From assembly GCA_018812595.1 (NCBI GenBank), contig JAHJDF010000005.1:1-43601 (forward strand): a DNA stretch of 43,601 bases, in the 5' to 3' direction. The notes below the pieces were generated by a model. It saw only the letters and a program-made list of their open reading frames with translations, did no database searches and was not told the origin of the DNA. This document shows positions 1 through 10,497 of the stretch, piece after piece (position 1 is the stretch's first letter; the number at the start of each line of letters is the position of its first letter). The position numbers and the translations under genes were made by a program. Source of the DNA: Gammaproteobacteria bacterium (lineage in GTDB: Bacteria; Pseudomonadota; Gammaproteobacteria; UBA12402).

Positions 1-53
1 ATCTTCAGTTTTTCCTGTGGACTAAACTTTCTCCTGATAACTCCATTCATCAT
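1..53 (-). CDS. N-terminus of an IS3-family transposase OrfA (truncated by the window edge)
   Basis: Hand translation from ATG at 53 (or 50) gives MMNGVIRRKFSPQEKLK. RRKFSxEEK is the usual HTH_Tnp_1 start. RBS at 58-63. Too short to appear in the ORF track. Confidence 0.55.
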   Translation of the reverse strand, partial: MMNGVIRRKFSPQEKLK

Positions 54-129
54 TTTTCTCCTCTATTGGGAGAAATTTTAACATCTTCATTAACCCCTCT
101 TTACTGTCTAGTTTTGGGGGACCACTTTA
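1..129 (-). mobile_element. Probable left end of an IS3-family insertion sequence, continuing out of the window
   Basis: The minus strand reads TAAAGTGGTCCCCCAAAACTAGACAGT (129->103), resembling IS3-family terminal IRs although it starts TA rather than TG. It is followed by a GAGGAG RBS and an ORF start typical of IS3 OrfA. Confidence 0.55.
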
Positions 130-599
130 GAGATAACCGGCAATCTTCCTCCAGAAGTAATCAAATACAATTGCAAGAAGGGGGAACTTGAAACATTGTT
201 TTCTACGCTCTCGGAAAGCGACCCTCACTATGAAGAAGCGGGGCAAGCAAAAAAAAGATGGAAGCTTTCTTAGAATCACTCAACGCATTAGATGTAAACC
301 CCCGCACCTGCAGACCTTAATTTCTACATCTTTTAAAACGGGCAGATACTCAAATCTGCCCTCATCGTTATCTTTGGCTTCGGCGGGTCAGGAAAAACAA
401 AATTGTTTTTTTGCGATTCAACATTGGAACGCTAAGCTATTTAATGATTTGTTTTGTAAAGTATCGAAAACATCTAACAAAGCACCGTCATTCCATTACT
501 AATAACCAATAATAAAGAGGCCCTTTAAATATGTTTTTTGGAAATAAAAAACACAAACGAGACACAGGGATATAGAAATTCACAAATTCTTCCGAACAA

Positions 600-983
600 A
601 TGACCTATAGACTTCCCGAACATATAAAGCTTCGCCATTTCACAATCACTCGGGTATTGCTGGAAAAGCTCAACAATAAGGAACCACTCTCCCACATCGA
701 GGAAAAGGAACTCGGTTGCACCGACGCAAAAATCTGTGCAATGAGAATGGATGGAGATCTTTATTTATGTACGAATCAGCAGTTATTTAAGCGGGTAAAA
801 GAAATGCAAATGAGACATATTTGCGAAAATGGAGCACATAAAATATTGTTTCCAAACCTCTTAAAAAAGGACCCTAACTACAACCTCGCTGTTGCAGTAA
901 AAAAAGAACTCGAGAAATACCTGAAACCAATCATGATTTATACAGAAACAACAAACCAACTTTCTAAAACCCTCCGAGCCTAA
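600..983 (+). CDS. Hypothetical protein, possibly the 3' remnant of a decayed gene next to the IS
   Basis: 127-aa ORF with no recognised motif; the upstream 130-600 region contains only short broken frames. Confidence 0.35.
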   Translation: MTYRLPEHIKLRHFTITRVLLEKLNNKEPLSHIEEKELGCTDAKICAMRMDGDLYLCTNQQLFKRVKEMQMRHICENGAHKILFPNLLKKDPNYNLAVAVKKELEKYLKPIMIYTETTNQLSKTLRA

Positions 984-1006
984 TTTTTTTACTCAAAACA
1001 AGTAAT

Positions 1007-1032
1007 CAGAGACGCAATAAATCGCGTCTCTG
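1007..1032. repeat. GTAG-type palindromic repeat (degenerate)
   Basis: CAGAGACGCAATAAATCGCGTCTCTG hairpin; its reverse complement matches the copy at 28280-28309. Confidence 0.7.
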
Positions 1033-1092
1033 CACTTCGTTGTGTCTTCATGATTTCTGATTACAATCCAGCCTCTTAATAAATAGCGCAAT

Positions 1093-1110
1093 GGGGCGAA
1101 GATTCGCCCC
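1093..1110. other. GC-rich hairpin upstream of the peroxiredoxin gene
   Basis: GGGGCGAA-GA-TTCGCCCC followed by TCTTT; either terminator-like or a REP remnant. Confidence 0.4.
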
Positions 1111-1136
1111 TCTTTAATAATATAGAGGATAAAAAC

Positions 1137-1742
1137 ATGGCGACTTTAGTTGGGCAAAAAGCCCCTGATTTTACAGCTGCTGCTGTTCTAGGTTCTGGCG
1201 AAATCAAAGACAAATATGATTTCTTGAACTCCATCAAAAACAAATACGCGCTTTTGTTCTTTTACCCCTTGGATTTCACTTTTGTTTGTCCTTCTGAACT
1301 CATTGCGCTCGACCACCGCAGGGAAGAATTTAAAAAACGCAACATCGAAGTCATCGGGATTTCTGTGGATTCGCCTTTCACTCACAATGCATGGCGATGC
1401 ACACCAGTCAATAAAGGCGGCATTGGCCCTGTGAGCTTCACCCTCGTAGCCGATTTACAACACGCTATCGCAAAAACATACGGAATCGAACACCCAACAG
1501 AAGGCGTTGCTTTTAGAGCGGCTTTTGTGATCGATAAGAACAGTGTTGTTCGCTCCTCTATCGTGAACGACTTACCCATCGGACGAAACATCGATGAAAT
1601 CCTGCGCCTTTTTGATGCCGTTGAATTCTTCGAACAAAATGGAGAAGTCTGTCCAGCAAATTGGCGACACGGCGACAAAGGCATGAAAGCATCCACCTCT
1701 GGCGTTGCTGAATACCTTTCAAAACACGGCGAAGAACTATAA
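1137..1742 (+). CDS. ahpC: 2-Cys peroxiredoxin (AhpC/TsaA family)
   Basis: FYPLDFTFVCPSE peroxidatic motif and GEVCPANW resolving motif; GAGGA RBS. Confidence 0.95.
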   Translation: MATLVGQKAPDFTAAAVLGSGEIKDKYDFLNSIKNKYALLFFYPLDFTFVCPSELIALDHRREEFKKRNIEVIGISVDSPFTHNAWRCTPVNKGGIGPVSFTLVADLQHAIAKTYGIEHPTEGVAFRAAFVIDKNSVVRSSIVNDLPIGRNIDEILRLFDAVEFFEQNGEVCPANWRHGDKGMKASTSGVAEYLSKHGEEL

Positions 1743-1767
1743 ACATTGCATTTTCTATGGAATCAAC

Positions 1768-3150
1768 ATGAAAAAACTGTTTCTACCCTTTGTATTTCTA
1801 AGTTTGACGAGCGTCTCAGTATGGGCAAACGTGCCTCAACAGAATGCCGTCAATACAAAGGGAGTCAAACAAGCAACGCCCGTAAAAAAAGCCTCCCCCG
1901 TTGATGATGACGAATATTATCTGGAGCCGGTGAGCCAAAAAAAAACAACTCCTGCAAACGCGTCGACTCAAGACGATGACGAGTATTACCTTGATGCAAC
2001 ACAACCTAAGACACCAGCAGCTAACAAAAGAAAACTCCCGCCGTCTTTGCTTGAAGATCAACAATCGCATCAGTTAGACAAACTCTCTCAGTCTCGCGAC
2101 AACCCAAAACCAAAGCATTATTGGAAAGACAAATTAGGCGCTGCCGCCCTGCTTGATGTTGATTTAACCGACGCTACGCACCCGGGTTTTACACATTCGC
2201 GCGACGACGACATTTCAGTTCCTAATATCAAAATTAATTTAGATGGCAAATTAGACCCTTGGTTAAGCGGTCATATTGGACTGTTCTGGAGCACGAATGC
2301 AGATCGGTTTTATCCAGAAGTTTCAGGTCATCAAAAAAGAAGCGTTCAATTCGACGAGGGATTCGTCACTCTGAAAAATTTCAACGCGACTCCGTTTTAC
2401 CTGCAAGCAGGCCGACAATATTTGCCATTCGGGAGTTACCACCGTTTCCCAATCTTAAAACCGCTAACACAAACTCTTTCAGAGATACGTGAAGACTCTG
2501 TTCAACTAGGCTTTATTAGAAAAAATAATTTCTACGGAACAATTTATGGTTTTCAAGGATTGTCGGATCTCTCGTACGGGCACAAAGCAAATTACGGCGC
2601 AATGTTTGGCTATTCCAACATCAGTGAAAGCACAGCCTTCGACTTCGGCGTTAGTTTTCTTAGAAACATGATCGATGTCGGAGCGATTCGTTACGGATTA
2701 CCTTCGCATCACTATCACACACGAGTCGGCGCCATCAGCACCCACATCGATTTATACACAGGCCCTTTTAGTTTTGCAGTGAGATACGTTTCCGCACTTC
2801 GTAACTTTTCACGCTACGATTACGCGTGGCAAACAAAATCCGGTTCCGTTCGAGGAGGAAAACCTCACGCAGCCTCATTGATTGCGGGATACACTTTTAA
2901 AACAGCAAAGAAAGAAAGTCGCATAGACATCGGTTATCAATGGTCGAAGGAAAGTCACAACATAAACATTTCTCAAGACAACCCTTCTCAATTACCGAAA
3001 AACAGGATCAGCGCTTCTTATGCTGTTTATCTTTGGAAAAACATCATTGTCGCTTTTGAATACGATCACGATCACGATTATTCAAAAGCAAACGGCGGCA
3101 CGAATCGCTTCAACAACACAGCGACAATTCGCTTGACGGCTTTAATCTAA
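1768..3150 (+). CDS. Outer-membrane beta-barrel, LbtU-family siderophore-porin-like
   Basis: Signal peptide from ATG 1768 (MKKLFLPFVFLSLTSVSVWA); F-D-E-G-F-V-T-L and PFYLQAGRQYLPFGSY motifs; alternating beta-strand pattern to the C-terminus. Confidence 0.65.
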   Translation: MKKLFLPFVFLSLTSVSVWANVPQQNAVNTKGVKQATPVKKASPVDDDEYYLEPVSQKKTTPANASTQDDDEYYLDATQPKTPAANKRKLPPSLLEDQQSHQLDKLSQSRDNPKPKHYWKDKLGAAALLDVDLTDATHPGFTHSRDDDISVPNIKINLDGKLDPWLSGHIGLFWSTNADRFYPEVSGHQKRSVQFDEGFVTLKNFNATPFYLQAGRQYLPFGSYHRFPILKPLTQTLSEIREDSVQLGFIRKNNFYGTIYGFQGLSDLSYGHKANYGAMFGYSNISESTAFDFGVSFLRNMIDVGAIRYGLPSHHYHTRVGAISTHIDLYTGPFSFAVRYVSALRNFSRYDYAWQTKSGSVRGGKPHAASLIAGYTFKTAKKESRIDIGYQWSKESHNINISQDNPSQLPKNRISASYAVYLWKNIIVAFEYDHDHDYSKANGGTNRFNNTATIRLTALI

Positions 3151-3198
3151 GCAGCAACTATCTTTTTGATTTCATTTTAACCAACAGGAGAAAAAAAC

Positions 3199-3432
3199 AT
3201 GGCCGATGTAAACGATAAAAATGCATTGAACGTTCCAGGGCCTTTCTATGTCGATGAAAACTGCATCAGTTGCGGTATGTGCTGCGACACGGCCAGTGAA
3301 TGTTTCAAAATGGATGACGACACGGGCGTTGCTTATGTCTTCAAGCAACCCAAAACCCCTGAAGAAACCGCCGAATGCCAAGAAGCCAAAGAAAGCTGCC
3401 CAGTAGAGGCGATAGGAGATGATGGTAAATAA
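3199..3432 (+). CDS. Single-cluster 4Fe-4S ferredoxin
   Basis: CISCGMC...CPVEAI in a small acidic protein; AGGAG RBS. Confidence 0.92.
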   Translation: MADVNDKNALNVPGPFYVDENCISCGMCCDTASECFKMDDDTGVAYVFKQPKTPEETAECQEAKESCPVEAIGDDGK

Positions 3433-3442
3433 AAAACCATCT

Positions 3443-3514
3443 TGTCATCCCCTCGAAGGTGTGGATCCAGTTATATATTTATCTTCTGGATCCTTAGCTT
3501 GCGCGGGGATGACA
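3443..3514. repeat. CGTC/TGTC-type REP doublet between convergent ferredoxin and nifJ
   Basis: TGTCATCCCC..GGATCCAG, an AT-rich spacer, then CTGGATCC..GGGGATGACA. Confidence 0.9.
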
Positions 3515-3517
3515 GTT

Positions 3518-6500
3518 TTAGATTAGTTTCTCTATAAATTTCCAACGACGATCGACGTCTTCTTGAGCTTCTCTCAATAACATATTTGCTTCTTCTGGAT
3601 TAATCTTCGACAACATCGAGAAACGAGTCTCGTTCTTCATGTAATCAATCAAAGGAATGGATGGTTGTTTTGAATCTAAAGAAAATGGATTTTTCCCTTC
3701 TTTCTCTAAACGAGGATCGTATCGATACAATGGCCACGTACCGCTGTTCACCGCCAACTTCTGCTGCTCTGCGCCATAACGCAGATTAAATCCATGCGCG
3801 ATGCATTGACTGTACGCAAGAATCAATGATGGCCCCGGATAACTTTCCGCTTCTTTAATCGCTCGAATGGCCTGCGCGGGATTTGCCATCATCGCTATTT
3901 GAGCCACGTATACATACCCGTAAGGAAGCATCATTAACCCTAAATCCTTCTTCGGATTCTTTTTCCCGTGCGCAGCAAACTTCGCAATAGCTGCTCGAGG
4001 TGTTGCTTTGGAAGATTGACCGCCGGTATTGGAATACACCTGCGTATCCATCACGAGCACATTGATGTTCAAGCCAGAAGCTAATACGTGATCTAAACCT
4101 CCAAAACCAATGTCATAGGCCCATCCATCACCGCCCATCAACCAGATGCTGTGAGGAACAAGATAATCGGCCAATACAAGTAATCGACTAGCTGCTGGAT
4201 CATTTAATGACTCAAGTTTTTTCTTCAATTGCGCGACTCGTTTGCGCTGTGCATCGATGTCCTTTCCATTTTCTAAGAGCTCTTTGACCCATTGAGGCTG
4301 TTTCAATTTAGGCTCCAGTTGATGCAACAACTCCACCGCCTGTTCGTGGTGTTTATCCTCTGATATACGGAACCCTAAACCAAACTCCGCATTGTCTTCG
4401 AAGAGAGAGTTTGACCACGCCGGCCCCTTGCCTTCGGCATTTTTCGTCCAAGGTGTTGTGGGTAAATTGCCTCCGTAAATCGAAGAACAACCCGTCGCAT
4501 TAGCAACCACCATATGATCGCCAAACATCTGAGTAACCAATTTAATATAAGGCGTTTCACCACAACCCGCACAAGCACCAGAAAACTCAAACAACGGCTC
4601 AGAGAATTGTGCGGTCTTTACGTTCGTGAGATCCGTTTGCGTGCCTGTGATTTTTTCAAAAAAGCGAAGACTTTCTCTATCTTGTTCAAGATCCAGCGTT
4701 TTTTCCTGCATATTGATCGCCTTCAATTCAGGATTTTGTTTGTTTTTCGCCGGACAATTTTGCACACACAACCCGCAACCGGTGCAATCTTCTACATAAA
4801 CCTGCAATGTATATCTCTGCTTTCCTGTCTTATCTCCTTTCAACGCAGCCGATTTTAAATGCTGAGGAGCGTCTTTTAATTCCTTCTCATCGTATTGCTT
4901 CATACGAATCACACCGTGAGGACAAACAAAATTACACAACCCACATTGAATACACGTTTCAGGATCCCAAACAGGGGCAGTTGTAGACACGTTCCTCTTC
5001 TCCCATTTCGTCGTACCGGACGGGAACGTTCCGTCACAAGGCATAAAGCTCACAGGAATTTCATTGCCTTCATCTCGCATTAATTTTGCTGTGACTTCTT
5101 TCACAAAAGTTGGCGCTTCATCTGTAATTGCCGTCGTAAATTGCAACTTGCTTGTAACGTTCTTAGGAACCTTCACCTTCTTTAAGCGCTTCAATGTTTT
5201 ATCCACAGCCGCAAAGTTTTTACGAACAACTTCCTCACCTTTTTTGCCATATGTTTTTTGGATCGCTTCCTTAATTTTCTCTAACGCTGTTTCCTCCGGA
5301 AGAATCTTTGTAATGGCAAAGAAACACACTTGCATGATTGTGTTGATGTGCACACCAATGCCGCATTCTTTGGCCAACTTATAAGCATCGATCACATAAA
5401 ACTTTAACTGCTTATCAATGATGTGTTTCTGCACGACAGCTGGTAAATGATCCCAAATCTCCTTGGCGTCATAAGGGCTATTTAGTAAGAACGTCGCCTT
5501 CTTTCCTGCGCATTCCAAAAGATTGGTTTGAAACAAGAAATTAAATTGGTGGCACCCGACAAAATTAGCGGAATGAATTAAATAAGTAGAACGAATTGGA
5601 TTTGGGCCAAACCGTAAATGTGAAACTGTGCGCGCTCCTGATTTCTTAGAGTCATAAACAAAATATGCCTGCGTATACAGATCCGTATTCTCACCGATGA
5701 TCTTGATCGAATTCTTGTTCGCACCGACCGTACCGTCTGATCCAAGCCCATAAAACACAGAACGCACGACATCGATGGGTTCAATTTCAAAACTTGAGTC
5801 ATACGCCAGACTTGTGTGCGTCACGTCATCATCAATACCTATCGTGAAATGATTTTTAGGTTCTTTTTTCTTTAGCTCATCGAAAATGCCTTTGACCATT
5901 GCTGGCGTAAATTCTTTCGATGACAAACCGTAACGACCACCAGTCACAACAACCTTTCGCAATTTCTGTTCATTCAAACAAGTGGCCACTTCTTCATACA
6001 ACGGTTCGCCCACTGCCCCCGGTTCTTTAGTACGATCCAAAACGGCCAACGATTTCACGCTCTTCGGTAACATTTCTAAGAAATGTTCTTTCGGGAAAGG
6101 TCTAAATAAACGCACCTGCAAGAATCCAACAGACTTTCCTTTCTTATTTAAGTGCTCGACCGTTTCTTTAACGGTTTCACTGCCAGACCCCATAATGACA
6201 ATGACATGTTTGGCTTTTGGATCACCGAAGTAATCGATCAAGTGATAATTCCTACCTACTTTTTTAGCAAAACGGTCCATCACTTTCTCAAGAATTGAAG
6301 GCAACGCCACATAATAAGGATTCACCGTTTCGCGTCCTTGAAAAAACACGTCTGGATTTTGAGCCGTTCCACGAATCACTGGATGTTCAGAACTTAATGC
6401 GCGTTTGCGATGTTCAAAAATTAATTGTTCATCGATCATCGAACGCATTTGATCGTCCGATAACATCTCAATCTTGTTGATTTCATGGCTCGTTCTGAAC

Positions 6501-7018
6501 CCATCAAAGAAATGAACAAAAGGAACTCGCGACTCTAACGTCGCCGCTTGAGAGATAAGCGCCATGTCATGCGCTTCTTGAACACTGCTGGAACACAGCA
6601 TGGCAAATCCCGTCGAACGAACGGCCATGACATCGGTGTGATCACCAAAAATAGACAATGCTTGTGCCGCAATAGAACGAGCAGCCACATGAAAGACGGT
6701 AGGTGTCAATTCACCTGCGATCTTGTACATGTTCGGGATCATCAACAACAGCCCTTGAGAAGCTGTAAAGGTTGTCGTCAAAGCCCCTGTTTGCAGTGAA
6801 CCGTGCACAGCACCGCTTGCCCCACCTTCACTCTGCATTTCAACCACATGGGGAACCGTGCCCCACAAATTGGGTTGCCCCTCTGCCGAAAAAAGATCGG
6901 CATGTTCGCCCATCGGTGAAGAAGGGGTAATAGGATAAATAACGCACAACTCATTTAGAGGATACGCAACGCGCGCAACCGCTTCATTTCCATCGATAGC
7001 TTTCATGGTGGTGTTCAT
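3518..7018 (-). CDS. nifJ: Pyruvate:ferredoxin (flavodoxin) oxidoreductase, single-chain NifJ type
   Basis: DGNEA, YPITPS, MQSEGGA, two CxxCxxCxxxCP clusters, FEFSGACAGCGE and TPP motif GGDGWAYDIG; AAGGAG RBS before ATG 7018. Confidence 0.97.
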   Translation of the reverse strand: MNTTMKAIDGNEAVARVAYPLNELCVIYPITPSSPMGEHADLFSAEGQPNLWGTVPHVVEMQSEGGASGAVHGSLQTGALTTTFTASQGLLLMIPNMYKIAGELTPTVFHVAARSIAAQALSIFGDHTDVMAVRSTGFAMLCSSSVQEAHDMALISQAATLESRVPFVHFFDGFRTSHEINKIEMLSDDQMRSMIDEQLIFEHRKRALSSEHPVIRGTAQNPDVFFQGRETVNPYYVALPSILEKVMDRFAKKVGRNYHLIDYFGDPKAKHVIVIMGSGSETVKETVEHLNKKGKSVGFLQVRLFRPFPKEHFLEMLPKSVKSLAVLDRTKEPGAVGEPLYEEVATCLNEQKLRKVVVTGGRYGLSSKEFTPAMVKGIFDELKKKEPKNHFTIGIDDDVTHTSLAYDSSFEIEPIDVVRSVFYGLGSDGTVGANKNSIKIIGENTDLYTQAYFVYDSKKSGARTVSHLRFGPNPIRSTYLIHSANFVGCHQFNFLFQTNLLECAGKKATFLLNSPYDAKEIWDHLPAVVQKHIIDKQLKFYVIDAYKLAKECGIGVHINTIMQVCFFAITKILPEETALEKIKEAIQKTYGKKGEEVVRKNFAAVDKTLKRLKKVKVPKNVTSKLQFTTAITDEAPTFVKEVTAKLMRDEGNEIPVSFMPCDGTFPSGTTKWEKRNVSTTAPVWDPETCIQCGLCNFVCPHGVIRMKQYDEKELKDAPQHLKSAALKGDKTGKQRYTLQVYVEDCTGCGLCVQNCPAKNKQNPELKAINMQEKTLDLEQDRESLRFFEKITGTQTDLTNVKTAQFSEPLFEFSGACAGCGETPYIKLVTQMFGDHMVVANATGCSSIYGGNLPTTPWTKNAEGKGPAWSNSLFEDNAEFGLGFRISEDKHHEQAVELLHQLEPKLKQPQWVKELLENGKDIDAQRKRVAQLKKKLESLNDPAASRLLVLADYLVPHSIWLMGGDGWAYDIGFGGLDHVLASGLNINVLVMDTQVYSNTGGQSSKATPRAAIAKFAAHGKKNPKKDLGLMMLPYGYVYVAQIAMMANPAQAIRAIKEAESYPGPSLILAYSQCIAHGFNLRYGAEQQKLAVNSGTWPLYRYDPRLEKEGKNPFSLDSKQPSIPLIDYMKNETRFSMLSKINPEEANMLLREAQEDVDRRWKFIEKLI

Positions 7019-7067
7019 GCTGAATTCGCTCCTTCGGTGACTGAAAAAAGCGCGCAATATAAATGAA

Positions 7068-7337
7068 AACGTCATCTCCGCGAAGGCAAACGTCGTCCCC
7101 GCGAAAGCAAATGTCGTCCCCGCGAAAGCAAATGTCGTCTCCGCGCCATCATCGTCATCCCCGCGAAAGCAAACGTCGTCCCCGCGAAAGCAAACGTCGT
7201 CCCCGCGAAAGCGGGGATCCAGATTAATTTATTTTCTGGATCCCCGCTTTCGCGGGGATGACGATGGGGAGCTTTTGCGGGGATGACGATGGGGAGCTTT
7301 TGCGGGGATGACGATGGGGAGCTGCGAGGAAATGACA
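7068..7337. repeat. REP doublet with tandem arrays on both flanks
   Basis: About 7 copies of a ~21-bp unit AAACGTCGTCCCCGCGAAAGC on the left, a central palindrome at ~7195-7263, and ~3 copies of a 25-bp unit GATGGGGAGCTTTTGCGGGGATGAC on the right. Confidence 0.92.
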
Positions 7338-7346
7338 ATGAAAAAA

Positions 7347-9122
7347 TCAAGGCGCAAAAATAACGAGTAATTGATTGCTTTTTAATTGCTTAGAAGGATC
7401 GATTTTGTTCCAACGTTTAATGTCAGAAACACGTACACGATATTGATGCGCAATCGCGCTTAATGTCTCACCTGTTTTTACGCGATGCATGATCTTATGA
7501 GGAGCGCTCTTTTTTACGGAATGATGAGTAACTTTTTTCTTGATGACCTTTTTATGCCCCGTATGCGTGATATGCACACGAGACTTCTTCGACTTCGCTT
7601 GCGATAACCAGCCACCGGGCAATTTCAACGTTTGCCCAAGGCGAATAGAAGAATGATGCAAATGATTTTCTTTTCGTATTGTTGTGACGCTGATGTGATA
7701 TCGCTTCGCAATTGAAATTAACGAATCGCCCTTTTTCACTTTATATAAGGTCGTGTACACACGATATTTAAAATAGTGTTTAGGCGGCCAAATGATCAGC
7801 TCTTTGCCTACTTTAAGGTCCTTCTCGTGTTTAATCCCATTCCAAAAACGAATCTGCCGCGGTTTGACTTCATACTGCTTAGCAATTTTAGCCAGCGTAT
7901 CTCCAGGACGTACGACGTGATGCGTAATTTTGATTTCAGGCAAGGTCGTGTGATGTGAAAAATATTTTTTCTCTGACGCTAAAATAATTTTCGTAATGTG
8001 ACTAGAAGAAGACGGGATAAGGAGCACTTGTCCGTTGTGGAGCACATGACCGGAAATGCGATTCACGCTTCGAATAATATCAACCGAAGTTTTAAAGCGT
8101 TTTGCCACACTAATTAATGAATCCCCTTTCTTCACCTTATAACGCTGCCAAGTCACACGTCGACTCATGGGAATTTTTGCCAACTGCTTCTTAAAGCCCG
8201 CCGCTTTGTCCACCGGCAACAACAACAAATGAGGACCTTTTGGATCGGTCGCCCATCGATTAAAGCCCGGATTTAACTCCGTTAACTCTTGCAAGCTGAT
8301 AGCTGCCATGCGCGCGGCATGTTCTAAATCTATTTGGGAACCCACATCCACAGAGGCCAAGTAAGGTGCATTTTCTATAGGGGGAAGAGCTAAAGGATAG
8401 TCATCAATGTTTTTGATAATGGTGGCCAACGCCAACAATTTCGGCACATAACTTTTCGTTTCAGAAGAAAGCGGTAAATGCCAAAAATCAATTGGCTTTC
8501 CTGCTTTCAAATTTTTCTTGATAGCCGCATTGAGATTGCCTTCACCTGTGTCATAAGCCGCAATAGCAGCCAACCAATCGCCATGGAAAAAGTGGTTGAG
8601 ATACGCCAAATAATCCAAAGCGGATTTTGTTGAAGCCATGATGTCTCTTCGACCGTCATACCACCAATCTACTTTTAATCCGAAACCAGATGCTGTGCCC
8701 GGCATCATTTGCCACAAACCGGCCGCCCCCGGTTGAGAATAAGCAAAAGGGTTATAGGCACTTTCGACCATAGGAATCAACGCCAATTCAGCGGGCAAAT
8801 TACGCAACTTGACCTGTTGATAAATATAAAAAAGATAAGGTCTTGCCTGTTCAGCAACTTGACGCAAATAACCAGGATGACTGACGTACCAGTTGATTTG
8901 TTTTCGCACGTTTGGATTTTCTGGCGTTTCATCCGGCAAGCTGAAATCAGAACTCATCGCATCCCATATATTGCCAACATACTGAGTTTGCTCAGCAGGA
9001 TGATCGATCTGCGCGGGCACCGCCAAACCTCCATCGTTTGGAACCGTAGAACACGCAGTCAAAAGAAGAACGCTGCAACCTACGCAAAAGGCTGCAATAA
9101 ATAATTTAATTTTGGGAAACAT
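7347..9122 (-). CDS. mltD: Membrane-bound lytic murein transglycosylase D (SLT domain + 4 LysM)
   Basis: Lipobox LTAC; VESAYNP and AAGLWQMMP SLT motifs; four V(K/R)xG(D/E)(S/T)L LysM repeats; mltD-yafS-rnhA-dnaQ synteny. Confidence 0.9.
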   Translation of the reverse strand: MFPKIKLFIAAFCVGCSVLLLTACSTVPNDGGLAVPAQIDHPAEQTQYVGNIWDAMSSDFSLPDETPENPNVRKQINWYVSHPGYLRQVAEQARPYLFYIYQQVKLRNLPAELALIPMVESAYNPFAYSQPGAAGLWQMMPGTASGFGLKVDWWYDGRRDIMASTKSALDYLAYLNHFFHGDWLAAIAAYDTGEGNLNAAIKKNLKAGKPIDFWHLPLSSETKSYVPKLLALATIIKNIDDYPLALPPIENAPYLASVDVGSQIDLEHAARMAAISLQELTELNPGFNRWATDPKGPHLLLLPVDKAAGFKKQLAKIPMSRRVTWQRYKVKKGDSLISVAKRFKTSVDIIRSVNRISGHVLHNGQVLLIPSSSSHITKIILASEKKYFSHHTTLPEIKITHHVVRPGDTLAKIAKQYEVKPRQIRFWNGIKHEKDLKVGKELIIWPPKHYFKYRVYTTLYKVKKGDSLISIAKRYHISVTTIRKENHLHHSSIRLGQTLKLPGGWLSQAKSKKSRVHITHTGHKKVIKKKVTHHSVKKSAPHKIMHRVKTGETLSAIAHQYRVRVSDIKRWNKIDPSKQLKSNQLLVIFAP

Positions 9123-9326
9123 GAAAATTCATAGTGTGGGATTAAAAATTGCGTCGGATGGTACGAAAGCAAGATACAAACGGTCAACTAGAAGTTTTTG
9201 GAACTAGAAGTTTTGGGAAATTAGCAATTCATGATTGGTCAAGAATTGTTGAAAGAAAGATCATCACCTTGCTCACAAAACCCTTTTTCAGTAACTTCGC
9301 GCGATCTTCGTAGGAAAGGAATTCAT

Positions 9327-10079
9327 ATGGTTTATACACAAAAGAAATTTGCTGCTTGGTTGAAATCATCGTTGGCAACTGCTGTTACAACAGCGGAATC
9401 GATCGGTCTCCGCTCTTTTTGGAAGAAAATTCAAGGCATGAATCTCTTGATTCTTGGAAGCACTCAACAAGCAAAATTATTGAAAGAATGCCCAATCAAA
9501 GATCGAATTTTTGTCCCTCCACAAACAGAAGAATCTTCAACAGAACGTGTCATTAACACCCCATACAATGCATTGCCCGTCTTATCTGACACTGTCGATC
9601 TCATCGTCTTACCGCATACATTAGAAATCGTGGAGGAACCGCACGAAGTTTTACGTCATGTTGAAAAAGCACTCCGCATTGGTGGACATTTAATCATTAT
9701 CGGTTTCAATCCATGGAGTTTATGGGGACTTAGGCAATTGTTTTCATTCCGACGCAGCGCACCATGGTCTAACACTTTTTATTGTGCGTGGCGCATTAGC
9801 GATTGGCTGCGTGTTTTAAATTTTGAAGTGGTCAAACTCAATCGCACGTTGTACAGACCGCCGATCAACAACATGAAGTTTTTTCGCGCATTAAAATTTA
9901 TGGAATTCCTCGGCCGTTTTTTGTTTCCATTTTTTGGAGGCAGCTATGTTTTATTAGCAGAAAAGAAACGATACGTGCTCACACCATTAAAAGAGCAATG
10001 GAAAGAACTAGCGATGAATTTTCAAGCCAATATGGCTCCTCCGGTCACAAGGAATATTAAGCATGAATCAGACCGTTAA
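9327..10079 (+). CDS. yafS: YafS-like class I SAM methyltransferase
   Basis: [40 protein letters not shown]; located directly before rnhA; AAGGA RBS before ATG 9327. Confidence 0.8.
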   Translation: MVYTQKKFAAWLKSSLATAVTTAESIGLRSFWKKIQGMNLLILGSTQQAKLLKECPIKDRIFVPPQTEESSTERVINTPYNALPVLSDTVDLIVLPHTLEIVEEPHEVLRHVEKALRIGGHLIIIGFNPWSLWGLRQLFSFRRSAPWSNTFYCAWRISDWLRVLNFEVVKLNRTLYRPPINNMKFFRALKFMEFLGRFLFPFFGGSYVLLAEKKRYVLTPLKEQWKELAMNFQANMAPPVTRNIKHESDR

Positions 10080-10497
10080 AATTTTTACCGATGGCGCTTG
10101 TCGCGGAAACCCAGGTCCTGGTGGATGGGGCGCTGTGCTGCAATACGACCAGCACGAAAAGTATCTTTATGGTGGAGAAAGACTCACCACCAACAACCGC
10201 ATGGAACTCACCGCAGCCATTAAAGGTCTTAAAGCACTCAAACAGCCTTGTCATGTTGTATTAACAACCGATTCGAATTACGTCAAAAATGGAATCACTC
10301 AATGGATTCATCAATGGAAAAAGAACGGATGGAGAACTGCCGCAAAACAACCTGTTAAAAATGATGATTTATGGCGCGAATTAGACACCCTGACAGAACG
10401 CCACGAAATTGAATGGAAATGGATCAAAGGACACGCCGGCCATAGAGAAAACGAACTAGCCGACGAATTGGCGAATCAAGGAATAGATGAATTATAA
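10063..10497 (+). CDS. rnhA: Ribonuclease HI
   Basis: [34 protein letters not shown]. Confidence 0.98.
   Translation: MNQTVKIFTDGACRGNPGPGGWGAVLQYDQHEKYLYGGERLTTNNRMELTAAIKGLKALKQPCHVVLTTDSNYVKNGITQWIHQWKKNGWRTAAKQPVKNDDLWRELDTLTERHEIEWKWIKGHAGHRENELADELANQGIDEL

Noticed and set aside
188-502. 104-aa ORF as a real gene
   Set aside because: TTG start, no recognisable motif, and located in a broken region beside the IS end; at best a pseudogene fragment.
7019-7067. FNR box controlling nifJ or ackA
   Set aside because: No TTGAT-N4-ATCAA match was found by eye upstream of nifJ, ackA or the ferredoxin gene.
7068-7337. CRISPR array, or the 92-aa ORF 7072-7350
   Set aside because: The units are tandem without unique spacers, and the ORF is just the repeat translated (IPAFAGTT, RHPRESGDP).
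9187-9217. Direct repeat AACTAGAAGTTTT(T)GG x2 as an operator or gloB deletion scar
   Set aside because: The duplication is real, but two copies give no evidence of function or origin.
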